DNA from: an uncultured Chloroflexia bacterium
GTDB lineage: Bacteria > Chloroflexota > Dehalococcoidia > UBA2979
Direction of reading: 5' to 3'
Length of the DNA: 64,000 bases
NCBI GenBank assembly: GCA_963728205.1
Contig: CAVSIV010000001.1
Span: forward strand, 1,152,001 to 1,216,000
Below are positions 32,428 through 42,211 of the stretch, piece after piece. The first letter of the stretch is position 1. Each line of letters begins with the position of its first letter. A model generated the notes under the pieces. That model was not told the DNA's origin. It saw only the letters and a list, made by a program, of their open reading frames with translations, and did not search any database. Made by a program: the position numbers and the translations under genes.

Positions 32428-32646
32428 ATGTTCGACACCGAGCACACGCGGAGGCGGGTCATCACCACGCGCTCCGCTCGCTACCGGGTGGCGTGGATCC
32501 CGCTCGCCCGCTCGCCCCTGCCCGGCTTCCGCGCCTGCGCCGTCCAGGCGGTGCCCGTCGAGGAGCCGCCCACGCGCGCCGTCCGGCTCGTCCTCTTCGA
32601 GCGGCTCACGCCGCCCGACGAGGGCGACCGGCCCGGCGCCGCATGA
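32428..32646 (+). CDS. small hypothetical protein
   Basis: 72 aa abutting the previous stop codon. Confidence 0.5.
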   Translation: MFDTEHTRRRVITTRSARYRVAWIPLARSPLPGFRACAVQAVPVEEPPTRAVRLVLFERLTPPDEGDRPGAA

Positions 32647-32680
32647 CGACCCACCGCCCACATCGAAAAGGAGTACCGAC

Positions 32681-33082
32681 ATGCCAGAGTTCGTTCGGCG
32701 CGCCCGGCGCCGCACTGAGATCAGCTACACGCGGGAGTTCCGCTACCGCGACAGCGAGTACGCGGGCTTCGGCTTCCCCTGCGACGCGGCGGGCAACGTC
32801 GACCGCGACGCGCTGCCCGCGCCTGCTCGCTCGAACCTCGACCGCTGCCTCGCGGGCGAGCTGGACGTCGTCGACCTCGGCGTGCGCCGCGACGAGCACC
32901 GCTGGACCGAGCCCGCCGTGCTCCGCTGCGACTGCGGGGCCGACGTCGTGCTCGGCCACTTCACGAACGCCTGCCCGGTCTGCCCGCGCGACTACGACTC
33001 CGCCGGCTCCCTCCTCGCGCCAGGCGACCAGTGGGGCGAGGAGACCGGCGAGGCCCTCTCCGAGATCCTGCGGACGCCGTGA
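32681..33082 (+). CDS. hypothetical protein with C-terminal Zn-ribbon-like motif
   Basis: AAGGAG RBS; 'RCDCG...NACPVC...Y...G..LAP..QWGEETGE'. Confidence 0.7.
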   Translation: MPEFVRRARRRTEISYTREFRYRDSEYAGFGFPCDAAGNVDRDALPAPARSNLDRCLAGELDVVDLGVRRDEHRWTEPAVLRCDCGADVVLGHFTNACPVCPRDYDSAGSLLAPGDQWGEETGEALSEILRTP

Positions 33083-34033
33083 CGCCTGAGGCGAAGACGG
33101 TCACGCGCGGAAGCCGCGTGCCTCCCGGCCGGCGTCCGCGCGCGAATGCGCGCCGTGACGCCTACGCGGCGGTCACCGACCGCATCATCGCCGCGCTCGA
33201 CCGCGGCACCGTCCCGTGGCGCCAGCCCTGGCGCGCACGCGGGCACCGCAACGCGTTCTCCGGTCACGCCTACCGGGGCATCAACCTGCTGATCCTCGGG
33301 CTCACCGCGCTCGAGCGCGGCTTCGACGACCCGCGCTGGCTGACATACCGGCAGGCCGAGGGCCGCGGCGGGCATGTGCGCCGCGGCGAGCGCGGGACGC
33401 AGGTCGTGCTCTGGCGCTGGCTCGAACGCGACGACCCGGACGCGGCCGACGGCGTGCGGCGGTACCCGCTGCTCCGCCTCTTCACCGTCTTCAACGCTGC
33501 TGCCCAGTGCGACGGCTTCGCGCTGCCGCCGATGGACGGCGAGCCGTTCGACCCGATCGAGCGCGCCGAGGCGATCGTCGCCGGCTACGCGGACGGACCG
33601 CGCATCCTGCACGACGCCGACTGCGCCTACTACGCCCCCGTCACCGACGAGGTGCACCTGCCGCCGCGCGGCGCCTTCCGCGACGCCGACAGCGAGTTCG
33701 CCACGCTCGCCTCACGAGCTCGGGCATAGCACGGGGCATCGTTCGCGCCTGCACCGCGAGGGGTTCGAGCGCGACCTCGCACCCTTCGGCTCCCCGAGCT
33801 ATTCGCGCGAGGAGCTCGTCGCCGAGTTCGCCGCCGCCTTCCTCTGCCATGAGGCGGGCGTCGACGCGTCCCGCCTCGAGCAGTCCGCCGCCTACATCGC
33901 GAGCTGGCTACGCGCGCTCCGCGACGACCGGCGCCTCGCCGTCGTCGCGGCCGCGCAGGCACAGCGCGCCGCCGATCACATCCTCGGGCAGCCGTCCGGG
34001 GACCAGCCACCAGCCATCCAGGACGAGAGCTGA
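33079..34033 (+). CDS. ardC: ArdC-family ssDNA-binding antirestriction protein, frameshifted near 33712
   Basis: 'VTDRIIAAL..GTVPWRQPW', 'YRGINLL', 'WLTYRQA', 'VFN', 'HELGHSTGH', 'YSREELVAE', 'YIASW'. Confidence 0.9.
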
Positions 34034-34112
34034 CACATCGAGCGCCGGCACGAAGCCCCGCGAGCGATCGCGGGGCGGCCTCGTCATGCCCGATCCACGA
34101 AAGGACCCAGCA

Positions 34113-34445
34113 ATGACCGACCAGATCACGCAGACCGAAACGCGCGTCATCGAGCGCGACATCACCGGTGCCGAGTGCGGCGCCTGCCCGCCGCGGGGGA
34201 GCAAGCACGTCGAGGTCGACGACCTCACGGCGCAGGAGCGCCGCATCGCGAAGCGCCTGCTCCACGGCGACAGCCCGCAGCAGATCGCACTTGCGCTGGC
34301 GATCAGCACGCGCACCGTCTACTGGCACCAGGAGAACGTGTATGTGAAGACGGGCGCGCGCAGCCTCGGCGAGTTCTTCGCCTGGGCCTACCGGCACCGC
34401 GAGTGCTGCGGCTTCGCGGCGCTCTTCGAGCGCTCGCCGCGATGA
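34113..34445 (+). CDS. small LuxR-type HTH protein
   Basis: 'LTAQERRIAKRLLHGDSPQQIALALAISTRTVYWHQENVYVKTG'. Confidence 0.8.
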   Translation: MTDQITQTETRVIERDITGAECGACPPRGSKHVEVDDLTAQERRIAKRLLHGDSPQQIALALAISTRTVYWHQENVYVKTGARSLGEFFAWAYRHRECCGFAALFERSPR

Positions 34446-34855
34446 CCGACGACCGCGGTCGGTGCGAGGTCTGCCCGACCCTCACTGATCCCTACGCGCT
34501 CCTGCAGGAGCTGCGGCACCACGCGCGGGAGCTCGTCGAGGCACCCACGCCGCAGTCGGTAAGCCGGCTGCGCGTCGCCCTCGACCACTTCGAGCCCGAC
34601 GCCGAGCTGCGGTCGTTCGTGCGCGCCGCGGCGCTCACAATCGTCGCCGGGCAGCAGTGCCACCCCGAGCTCGACGAGCTGCACGGCTACGTCTGCCCGT
34701 GTCGGCTCGGCGGGCCCGCGCACCAGCTCACGGCCGAGGAGATCTCGGATGCGCTGGCCGCGCTCGTCGCGTCGGGCCGCGCGCTCTACGACGGGCGCAA
34801 CCGCTTCCAGCTCGCCCCGCCGCCACACGGCGGGCCGACTGCCGCGGCCGCGTGA
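34442..34855 (+). CDS. hypothetical protein
   Basis: ATGA overlap with the upstream gene; Cys pairs. Confidence 0.55.
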   Translation: MTDDRGRCEVCPTLTDPYALLQELRHHARELVEAPTPQSVSRLRVALDHFEPDAELRSFVRAAALTIVAGQQCHPELDELHGYVCPCRLGGPAHQLTAEEISDALAALVASGRALYDGRNRFQLAPPPHGGPTAAAA

Positions 34856-34871
34856 TCGCGGACGACGGACG

Positions 34872-35590
34872 ATGGCACGCTTCCGTCACGTGATCCTGCC
34901 GGGCGGGTACGGCCTGCCGGGGCACCTCGCGTACACGCGCTGCGGGCACGTCGTCGCCTACGGGCGACAACCGAACGTCCCGCGCGGCGACCCGCGCTTC
35001 TGCCCGCGCTGCCGCGAGCTCGACGACGAGCCACAGCCGAGGGCGGCGGTCGATGCGGCTAGCCACCTGACCGAGGGTGACGCGGAGCGCCTCCAGCACC
35101 TTATCCGCATCAGCTGCGCCTGCTCGGCGAGCTGCGATCGCACTACGGCTGGCAGCCGTCGCCCGACGAGCGAAGACGGCTGCGCGGCCCGCGCGACATC
35201 TACGCGCTGCTGGCTCCGGAAATGGAACCCCTCGAGCAGGAGCAGTTGCGCGTGCTCCTCCTCAACACGCGTCACGACGTCGTCGACGTCGTCATGCTCT
35301 ACCAGGGCACCGTCAACGGGGCACCCGGTCGCATCGCCGAGGTGTTTCGCGACGCGATTCGGCGGAATGTCCCCGCGATCGCGCTGGTGCACCAGCACCC
35401 GTCCGGCGATGCCGAGCCCAGCGCCGACGACCGTGCCTTCACGCAGGAGGTGGCGCGGGCCGCCGAGCTGCTCGGGATCAGCCTGCTCGACCACGTCGTG
35501 ATTGGAGGCGGCTCCTTCGTGAGCCTCCGCGAGCGCGGCTACCTCGGCAGCGCAGCGCTGACCGCGCGTCCTTCGACCCCGACCAGATGA
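34872..35590 (+). CDS. radC: RadC/JAB-domain protein with N-terminal Cys-containing extension, frameshifted
   Basis: 'EQLRVLLLN', 'HQHPSGDAEPSADD', 'LLDHVVIG'. Confidence 0.88.
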
Positions 35591-35603
35591 AAGGAGAGTA
35601 TCG

Positions 35604-35870
35604 ATGACTGCTCGAAACGGTGACCGCAGCCAACGTCGAGGTGCACCGTGGACCGACGCGGAGGACGACCGGCTCCTGCGCATCGCCGACCTGCCCCCGC
35701 GACAGGTCGCGGAGCACATGCAGCGCAGCTGGCATGCGTGTCGCAGGCGGCTCGCCTACCTGCGCGCCAACGGCGCCCCACTAGCGGGGAACGCTCCCGC
35801 TCGCGGCGGGCCCGCGTCGATCGCGCACGCGGCAGGCGGCGGCGCGTCGACCCGCCAAGACCGTCCGTAG
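35604..35870 (+). CDS. small SANT/HTH-like protein
   Basis: 'WTDAEDDRL...VAEHMQRSWHACRRR'. Confidence 0.6.
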   Translation: MTARNGDRSQRRGAPWTDAEDDRLLRIADLPPRQVAEHMQRSWHACRRRLAYLRANGAPLAGNAPARGGPASIAHAAGGGASTRQDRP

Positions 35871-36152
35871 ACGCACCTGACGGGACTCGAAGCGGAACGG
35901 ACGTCCGCTCGAGTCCCGGCAGCGCGATCTGTCGCAAGAAGGAAGATCGTGCAAGTCGCAGGGCCGGCATTCGGCGCGGCGGTCGATGCGCACGCGGCCG
36001 AATCGCGAGCTCTGGTTCGTCGCTGTCCGGCAACCGCGACTCCGTGGGCGACAGTGGGGCAGCACCGCGCCGGCGCCCGCAAGTGTGACCGCGAGATACC
36101 GGTGTGCTAGCAGATTGTACCTAGCGTACGCTGAGTACGCAGGGAGGCCCTG

Positions 36153-36455
36153 ATGAGTGAACACGTGTCGGCCCGAGATGCCCGGAGCCGTTTCGCGGAA
36201 CTCACGGACCGCGTGAAGTACACGGGCGATCCGGTGATCATCGACAAGCAGGGACGCCCGTTCGTCGCCCTGATCCGCGCCGAGGACCTCGCAGTCCTCG
36301 AGCGCGCGCTCGTCGCGGAGCGGCAGGCGGCGTTCAGCCGCCTCGCCGCCGCGGCCAGCGAGCACGCGCCGGCGGCGCCCTCCGAGGAGGAGATCACCGA
36401 GGCCGTCCGCGTGACGCGCGAGGCGCTGCACCGCGAGCGCTATGGCGCTGCCTAG
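36153..36455 (+). CDS. Phd/YefM antitoxin
   Basis: 'VSARDARSRFAELTDRV...PVIIDKQGRP'. Confidence 0.88.
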   Translation: MSEHVSARDARSRFAELTDRVKYTGDPVIIDKQGRPFVALIRAEDLAVLERALVAERQAAFSRLAAAASEHAPAAPSEEEITEAVRVTREALHRERYGAA

Positions 36456-36933
36456 GCTGCGGGTCGCGCTCGACGCCAACGTCCTGATCGCCGGTACCGT
36501 CTGGCCCCGCTGGCCGCACGAAGTGCTGCGGGCGGCGCTCGGACGCCATTTCGACCTCGTGCTCCCGGAGCAGGTGGTCGAGGAGGCACGCCGGCACCTC
36601 ACCGCGCAGCAACAGGCGGCACTCTCCTATCTGCTCGACCACACGCCGCACGAGCGGTTGCCCATACCACCGCGGGCCGAGGTGCTCGCGGCGCGGGATC
36701 TCGTGCGGCACGACCCCGACGTGCCGATCGCGCTCGCCCTGCTCACCGCGGGCATCGACATCTTCGTGACGAACGACCGCGACTTCACCGACGCGGACGC
36801 CGTCGCCGGACGCTTCAGCCGCCAGGTGCGCGTGATGCTCCCGGCGGTGTTCCTCCGCGACGTGCTCGGCTGGAGCTCCGAGGCGCTCGAGGCGATCCGG
36901 TCACGCACGTGGGACGACCTTCGCGACCGGTAG
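36442..36933 (+). CDS. PIN-domain toxin
   Basis: 'ALDANVL', 'DPDVPI', 'FVTNDRDF'. Confidence 0.88.
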   Translation: MALPRLRVALDANVLIAGTVWPRWPHEVLRAALGRHFDLVLPEQVVEEARRHLTAQQQAALSYLLDHTPHERLPIPPRAEVLAARDLVRHDPDVPIALALLTAGIDIFVTNDRDFTDADAVAGRFSRQVRVMLPAVFLRDVLGWSSEALEAIRSRTWDDLRDR

Positions 36934-37020
36934 CGCCGTCTGACCGCTGCCGCGATCACGCCAGAGCCGCCCAGTCAGGGCGGCTCTGCGCATTCCCGTG
37001 CACATCCGAAGGAGAGACCG

Positions 37021-37252
37021 ATGGACCTCTACTGCCCGATCTGCGGTGAACCGTGGGCGCTCGACGCGCTGCACGATGTTCCCGACGCCGGCTTCGACGT
37101 GGCGCGCCGCCGCTTTCGCACCGAGGGCTGCGCGCTTCTCGGCTCGCCCCACAACCGCCCGATCGACGGCGCGACCGCCGCGAAGTCGGCGCTGCTCCCA
37201 CGAACTGCTCGGCGACGACCTCGACGACATCGCCAGCCTCATGGCCGAATGA
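37021..37252 (+). CDS. small CxxC protein, frameshifted
   Basis: 'MDLYCPICGEPW', 'ELLGDDLDDIASLM'. Confidence 0.6.
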
Positions 37253-37356
37253 GCATGGCGACCTCGCACATCCGCTGCGCGGGATTCGCGGCGGCCGTCG
37301 ACGCATATGCCGCGGACGAGCGCGAGCTGTGGTTCGTCTCGCTGCTCGGCAACGTT
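37249..37356 (+). pseudogene. 5' fragment of an ICE gene truncated by lower-GC cargo
   Basis: 'VDAYAADERELWFVSLLG' followed by an abrupt composition change. Confidence 0.4.
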
Positions 37357-37507
37357 GGCTTCGAATCAAGAATCCCTTGCCTTTCTCAAGACTCGGGGCA
37401 CGAGTCACAGGCACGAGTCACGTACTTGACGGCATACGTTAGACTGCCGGCAGCCGGTAGGCCGAATCGATGCTCGAGTCAAGTGACCGACTTCCGCGAG
37501 TCAACGG

Positions 37508-38188
37508 ATGACTACCGTGCCTGTCCCCGTAATTCTCTGTGACTCCGATCCATATTCAAGATCGCAACTTCACGACATCTTCTCAGATGCGTCACACTTC
37601 GAGTTGGTCTGTGAGGTCGCGGATCCGATGGCGATACCTCCTACCGACGTGCCCTCTGTGGTCGTTATTGATCCCGCGGTCCGCAACCGGTTCGTTCCGC
37701 AAGTGCTCGAATGCGCGCACGAGCGTGCGCCAGCCGCCCAGTTGGTCGCTTATACAAGCGACTTCTCTCCGGAGTTCCTCGAGACCGCCCTCGAGGTCCG
37801 TCTCCGCGCGTACTTCCTCAAGGGGCCGGTACACGAGACCCTGCTCCCGTCCTGCGTGGAGCTCATCGGTTCTTCCGATCTCATCATCGTCGACGGATCC
37901 TTTCGCGACTGGTTCGAATCCGAACCCTGGAGACTCCGCTTTGAAGCAGCGCCTCCGTCGTCGAGAGCGCTGTCGGTACAAGAAGAAGTCATCCTGCGAT
38001 TGCTCGCAGACGGGCTCTTCGACAGTGATATCGCGCGGCAACTGTCCGTCAAGGAGACCACGGTCCGGACGCACATCAGTCGCATCGAGGAGAAGCTCGA
38101 GGCGCGCCACAGGGCGCATGCCATCGCGATTGCGATTCGGCGTGGTCTGATCGATCCGATGGCATTGGCTGCTTCTGCCGTCTTGTAG
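37508..38188 (+). CDS. NarL/LuxR-family response regulator
   Basis: Receiver-like N-terminus; 'LSVQEEVILRLLADG...IARQLSVKETTVRTHISRIEEKL'. Confidence 0.85.
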   Translation: MTTVPVPVILCDSDPYSRSQLHDIFSDASHFELVCEVADPMAIPPTDVPSVVVIDPAVRNRFVPQVLECAHERAPAAQLVAYTSDFSPEFLETALEVRLRAYFLKGPVHETLLPSCVELIGSSDLIIVDGSFRDWFESEPWRLRFEAAPPSSRALSVQEEVILRLLADGLFDSDIARQLSVKETTVRTHISRIEEKLEARHRAHAIAIAIRRGLIDPMALAASAVL

Positions 38189-38549
38189 CGGGATGTCGAC
38201 GCTGCTTGTGGCCAGACGGGCCTTGCCTTGCGATCGCCTTCCGTGCAGTCTTTGGCCCGAACCGCCCACACTGCCCTCAATCGAGGGAAGACGGGAAGAG
38301 GGAAGGGACGAGGATGACGCCAGAGAATGACCAGGCGTCTCGCCGCTACGTCTAACCGGAGACTCTTATAGCTAAATCCCGCGAGTGGATGCAGAGTTCG
38401 CGGTTTGCTTCCGCGATGGCGCGGAGGGCGATTCATGCCTGTAGCGTCGTCATCCTCATGCGTCGTGCGGGTGTTGAGCATCCATGATGCGGCTTCCGGA
38501 CGCGACTAACTGCGCTACTGGCCATGATAGCTTGGGAGACGAGAACAAG

Positions 38550-38966
38550 ATGGACACTCAGACGCGCACCGACGTCGATGGACAGTCGCTCTCTCGGCGA
38601 CGCCTCCTTGGAAAGTCCTTGGCAGCCGGGATAGCAGGGGTTGCGGCACTCGCGTTGCCTACCCAGTTCCGCGTCATCGACCGTGCGGAGGCGTCAAGCT
38701 GTACCTCTTGTGGTCCCGGGACGTTGTACTACGGCGATGCAACGTTCTGCGGATGCAGCAGCGGAGACACATGCGACCATGACCCGCTGGGCTGCTGCTC
38801 TGGCAGCCAGCAAGAAACTGGCGGTATCGTCTGCGCATGGACCTACTGTGAGTCGTGCTGGCCGGGTACCTGTTGCCATCCCGTCTACTCATTCGTGGCG
38901 TGCTGCTGCTGGGGTGCTTGTTACCCATGCGACGGCAGACAGATTTCCGCGACCCAGTATTGCTGA
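38550..38966 (+). CDS. Tat-exported cysteine-rich peptide (18 Cys in about 90 mature residues)
   Basis: 'SRRRLL' Tat motif, h-region, 'AEA' cleavage site. Confidence 0.8.
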   Translation: MDTQTRTDVDGQSLSRRRLLGKSLAAGIAGVAALALPTQFRVIDRAEASSCTSCGPGTLYYGDATFCGCSSGDTCDHDPLGCCSGSQQETGGIVCAWTYCESCWPGTCCHPVYSFVACCCWGACYPCDGRQISATQYC

Positions 38967-39008
38967 CGATCCCTCAAACAACACGTACACGCGAACAGGA
39001 TCTCAGAG

Positions 39009-39548
39009 ATGCCTCAATACGCAGCCATCACTGTAAGCAGCATCGAAGACGCGCGGGCGCTTGCGTCCTTCCCGGTCGCCATGCCTAGCTTCGTCCCGGC
39101 TGGATACGAACTGCGCTCCATCAGGCAACTGTGGCCACCCCATATCAGCGACGCCGCGCGTCAGAAAAAAGTGCATGCCGACTTCGTCGATTCGATCCAC
39201 GTCAACGCTGCGGGAGACCAGATTCTGATCACACAAGGATTCTTCGCGCGTCTGATTGGCACCGTTATGGAAGGACTCGCGCCGGCCGACAGCTCTGGCA
39301 CGCTACGCATCGGGCAGCGCGATGCGGTGTGGCTCACGGCACAGCCAATGACTCCTCCGGTACACGATGGTGCGGGCCGACGCGTCATTCCCGACTGGAA
39401 GAAGAATGCCATGACTTGCGTGGGCTGGCTCGCGGGTACGGTGCCGCCGCCCGAAGGCGGCAGAACTCCGAGCTCCAGGTACTACGCCATCGAGGCTACA
39501 GCGCTGTCGCTCGATGAAGTCATCAAGGTCGCAGAGTCCGTGTCTTAG
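39009..39548 (+). CDS. DUF4367-like hypothetical protein
   Basis: 'MPSFVPAGYEL' and 'LSLDEVIKVAES'. Confidence 0.55.
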   Translation: MPQYAAITVSSIEDARALASFPVAMPSFVPAGYELRSIRQLWPPHISDAARQKKVHADFVDSIHVNAAGDQILITQGFFARLIGTVMEGLAPADSSGTLRIGQRDAVWLTAQPMTPPVHDGAGRRVIPDWKKNAMTCVGWLAGTVPPPEGGRTPSSRYYAIEATALSLDEVIKVAESVS

Positions 39549-39565
39549 GTGGTGGTGCACTGGCC

Positions 39566-40144
39566 ATGATGCTTGATCAAGGACTAGGCGATGCGTTAGT
39601 GACCATCGCGCGTCTGTCACTTGCTTCCATCTTCTTGATGGCGGGTTGGACGAAAGCCGCAGAAGGCGAAAACTTTGTCGCGACAGTGGAAAAGTACGGG
39701 ATTCTTCCTCGTCGAGTGGTCCGTCCATTCTCCATATCGCTCCCTTGGGTCGAGTTGATCGCGAGCGCGCTGCTGTTTTCCGGATTTGAGATCCAAGTGG
39801 CGTGCGCTGTCACGGTCGCCTTGCTCGCCGCCTTCGTCTTCGCTTCGCTTACCGCGATGTCGAGAGGAGTCGCTCTGGATTGCAGCTGCTTCGGGCTGTT
39901 ATATCGCGAGCGGATCGGGTCTGCCACCGTGGCCCGCGACGCTGTCTTGCTGTGCTTGTCTGTCGCCGTCTTTGCTCTCGATGGAGGAAGGTTCTCGCTC
40001 GCAGCGTTGCTCTCGGGTACCGAAAGCGCGGCAGTAGGTGTGGCAGTCGCCGTTGCAACAGCGGCCTCATTCGCTTTGAGCGCCACGCTGGCTTCCAAAG
40101 CGACGGGCTCTGACCTTGCGGGTCAACCCGGGCTCGCGCGCTGA
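39566..40144 (+). CDS. MauE/DoxX-family membrane protein
   Basis: 'FLMAGWTK', 'LPWVEL', 'RGVALDCSCFG', 'VARDAVL'. Confidence 0.85.
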   Translation: MMLDQGLGDALVTIARLSLASIFLMAGWTKAAEGENFVATVEKYGILPRRVVRPFSISLPWVELIASALLFSGFEIQVACAVTVALLAAFVFASLTAMSRGVALDCSCFGLLYRERIGSATVARDAVLLCLSVAVFALDGGRFSLAALLSGTESAAVGVAVAVATAASFALSATLASKATGSDLAGQPGLAR

Positions 40145-40439
40145 TGTCGGGTTCAGCTCACCGACGAGCGACCCGTTGCCACCACCTCGGGACGCGTGCG
40201 ATGCCGTCGACTGCGGCGACGTGGGTCACGCGGAGCAAGACGCGGTTCTGGAGCGAGGCGGGCGGCACCAAGCAGGGTACCTCCAGCGAGCTGCGGACGC
40301 GCGTGATGAGGCGTCGGAGACGGCCGTCCCGCAAAACTCCATTGCGGCCGAGAAAGGGGGGTCCGGGGTTGGTGGGGGGGAGGGCTCGTCTCCGTGCAGT
40401 TCCGCGACGGTTCCGAGGCTGCGAAACCCGAGCGAGATC

Positions 40440-40463
40440 TAGACCTACCGAGATTGGTGGACA
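40440..40463. mobile_element. isolated IS3-like terminal repeat
   Basis: TAGACCTACCGAGATTGGTGGACA resembles IS3-family ends; no partner end or intact transposase seen. Confidence 0.3.
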
Positions 40464-40599
40464 TGAATCAGGTCTCCTCGCCAGGTGATCCCATCGTTGG
40501 CACCCGAGGCGGTTGATCTTCATGGCGCGGGGCCGTCCACTGCGTAGGGCACGGGCGACGAGTGGCGTGCTCGGCTGCACCAGGGGCGGACGGACGCAG

Positions 40600-41814
40600 A
40601 TGGACGACCGGCGTGCGAATCACGGGCCTTGCCCGCTGGCCGTGACCGGCAGGATTGCTGGCGTGCTCGCGGTCGCGCTGATCCTCGCCGCATGCAGCGG
40701 CTCGCCGCTCGGCGGCGGCTCAGGGAGCGCGACGCCGTACGCGCTGCCGCCGGATGCGACGCCCTATCACGGACCGACCCGCCCTGTTACCGGACTCGAC
40801 GCGACGCCCGGCCCGACGCACGTTGACCAAACCCGCGCGCTCGGGCCCCCGCCGCCATCGCAACTCCCGGCATGGGACGGCACGTCGGTCATCCTCTACA
40901 ACCTCAAGACCGGCGAGCGGATCGACCTGGGGCCCGGGCGGATCACCGTGGGGTCGTTCGCCGGCGGAGCGGGCCGGTTCGCGTGGCTCGTGGGGCCGTC
41001 GAGCACCGTTCCGATGGGTCAGTCCCCCGCGTGGGGCACGGCGCGCGTAATCGACCTCGCGACGCGGCAGCAGCGCGACTACGGCCGTGCGACGAACGTC
41101 GGGTTCGGTGAGCCGGGCCAACTCTTTGTCGCGAGCGCGCACGGGTTCGTGCGCATCGACCTCGCGACCGGCGCGACCGCGACGCCGACATTCGCGACGT
41201 TCCCGCCCTCCATGCACTACCCGGGCTACATCATCGAGCCCTTGCACCCGGCCGCGACGCCGCCGACCGGCGGCAACGCCGGTTACCTGATCGTGCCTGA
41301 CGATGGTTCACCCGCCCTGACCGCGCAGGCAGCGATGCTCTTCGCGGTCCCGGGAGGGCGCGCAGTGCTGGCACTCGTTCGCGAGAGCGGCAGCGTGTAC
41401 GGCCTCTTCCGAGTCGATGTGCCGAGCGCGCGCGCCACCCCCGTCGCGTGGGCCGACTTCGACGGCTACGACTACCCGCTCGGCCTTGCGTCCGACGAGA
41501 TCGCGATCGGCGACCGGCTCTGCCACGACGACGGCCGTATCTTCGTCTACCACTTCGACAGCGAACGACTGGACGCACTGCGCACGAACCTGCCGCCCGT
41601 CACGATCAACGGAAACGGGTTCGGCGTCGACGGCGGCGCCGACGTCGCGCGCGCCCGGATAAATCCGACGTCGCTCGACTATTCGACGGTGCTGCCCACG
41701 CCCGGCGTATGGTCGCCGGACGGGACGTGGGCTGCCGTCGGTCCGACGGTCTACACGCGGACGACGCCGAGTCCGTGCGGGACTCCGAAAGAGACGCCGA
41801 CGCCCGAGCGGTAG
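40600..41814 (+). CDS. lipoprotein, probable beta-propeller
   Basis: Lipobox 'LAAC'; repeated 'IDLAT' strands, 'WSPDG'. Confidence 0.7.
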   Translation: MDDRRANHGPCPLAVTGRIAGVLAVALILAACSGSPLGGGSGSATPYALPPDATPYHGPTRPVTGLDATPGPTHVDQTRALGPPPPSQLPAWDGTSVILYNLKTGERIDLGPGRITVGSFAGGAGRFAWLVGPSSTVPMGQSPAWGTARVIDLATRQQRDYGRATNVGFGEPGQLFVASAHGFVRIDLATGATATPTFATFPPSMHYPGYIIEPLHPAATPPTGGNAGYLIVPDDGSPALTAQAAMLFAVPGGRAVLALVRESGSVYGLFRVDVPSARATPVAWADFDGYDYPLGLASDEIAIGDRLCHDDGRIFVYHFDSERLDALRTNLPPVTINGNGFGVDGGADVARARINPTSLDYSTVLPTPGVWSPDGTWAAVGPTVYTRTTPSPCGTPKETPTPER

Positions 41815-42139
41815 GGGGGCAACGCGCGTCTGACCCCCGTGGCGGCGAAGATGCTGGGGTGCCGGCGTATCCAGGACTCTCGATCAACGGTGTGCGGGCA
41901 TGGCGCACGGTCGAGGCGCTGGAGTGGCGACGGCGACATGCGCATCCCCTTGAGCGCCGTCAGACCCGTCGAAGCAGCGCGCGTAGCGAGTAGTTACTTG
42001 GTCGTTCGTGCAGCCCAGACAGCGTCCCGAACTTCGGAGTCTCGACCGAACGCAGGTCCGTCCAGGTCGTCCACTCCGCGCCGCCGGTGTCGCCCATGAA
42101 TTGAAACCTGGCGAATCCTCCACTGCGGCGGGATTCCTG

Positions 42140-42201
42140 GACCGTCATGACGCAGACATGACCCTCGCATGACCGTCATGACCCTGCGGTGACCCTCGTC
42201 T
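42140..42201 (+). repeat. phased (CA)TGAC repeats (9-11-11 twice, 31-bp period)
   Basis: gaccgtcat gacgcagacat gaccctcgcat gaccgtcat gaccctgcggt gaccctcgtct. Confidence 0.6.
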
Positions 42202-42211
42202 GAGCTTGCAA

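Noticed and set aside
38550-38966. Cys-rich peptide as a lanthipeptide/ranthipeptide precursor or true MauA
   Set aside because: It has a Tat signal rather than a RiPP leader, and no LanM, radical SAM, MauB or MauG gene is nearby
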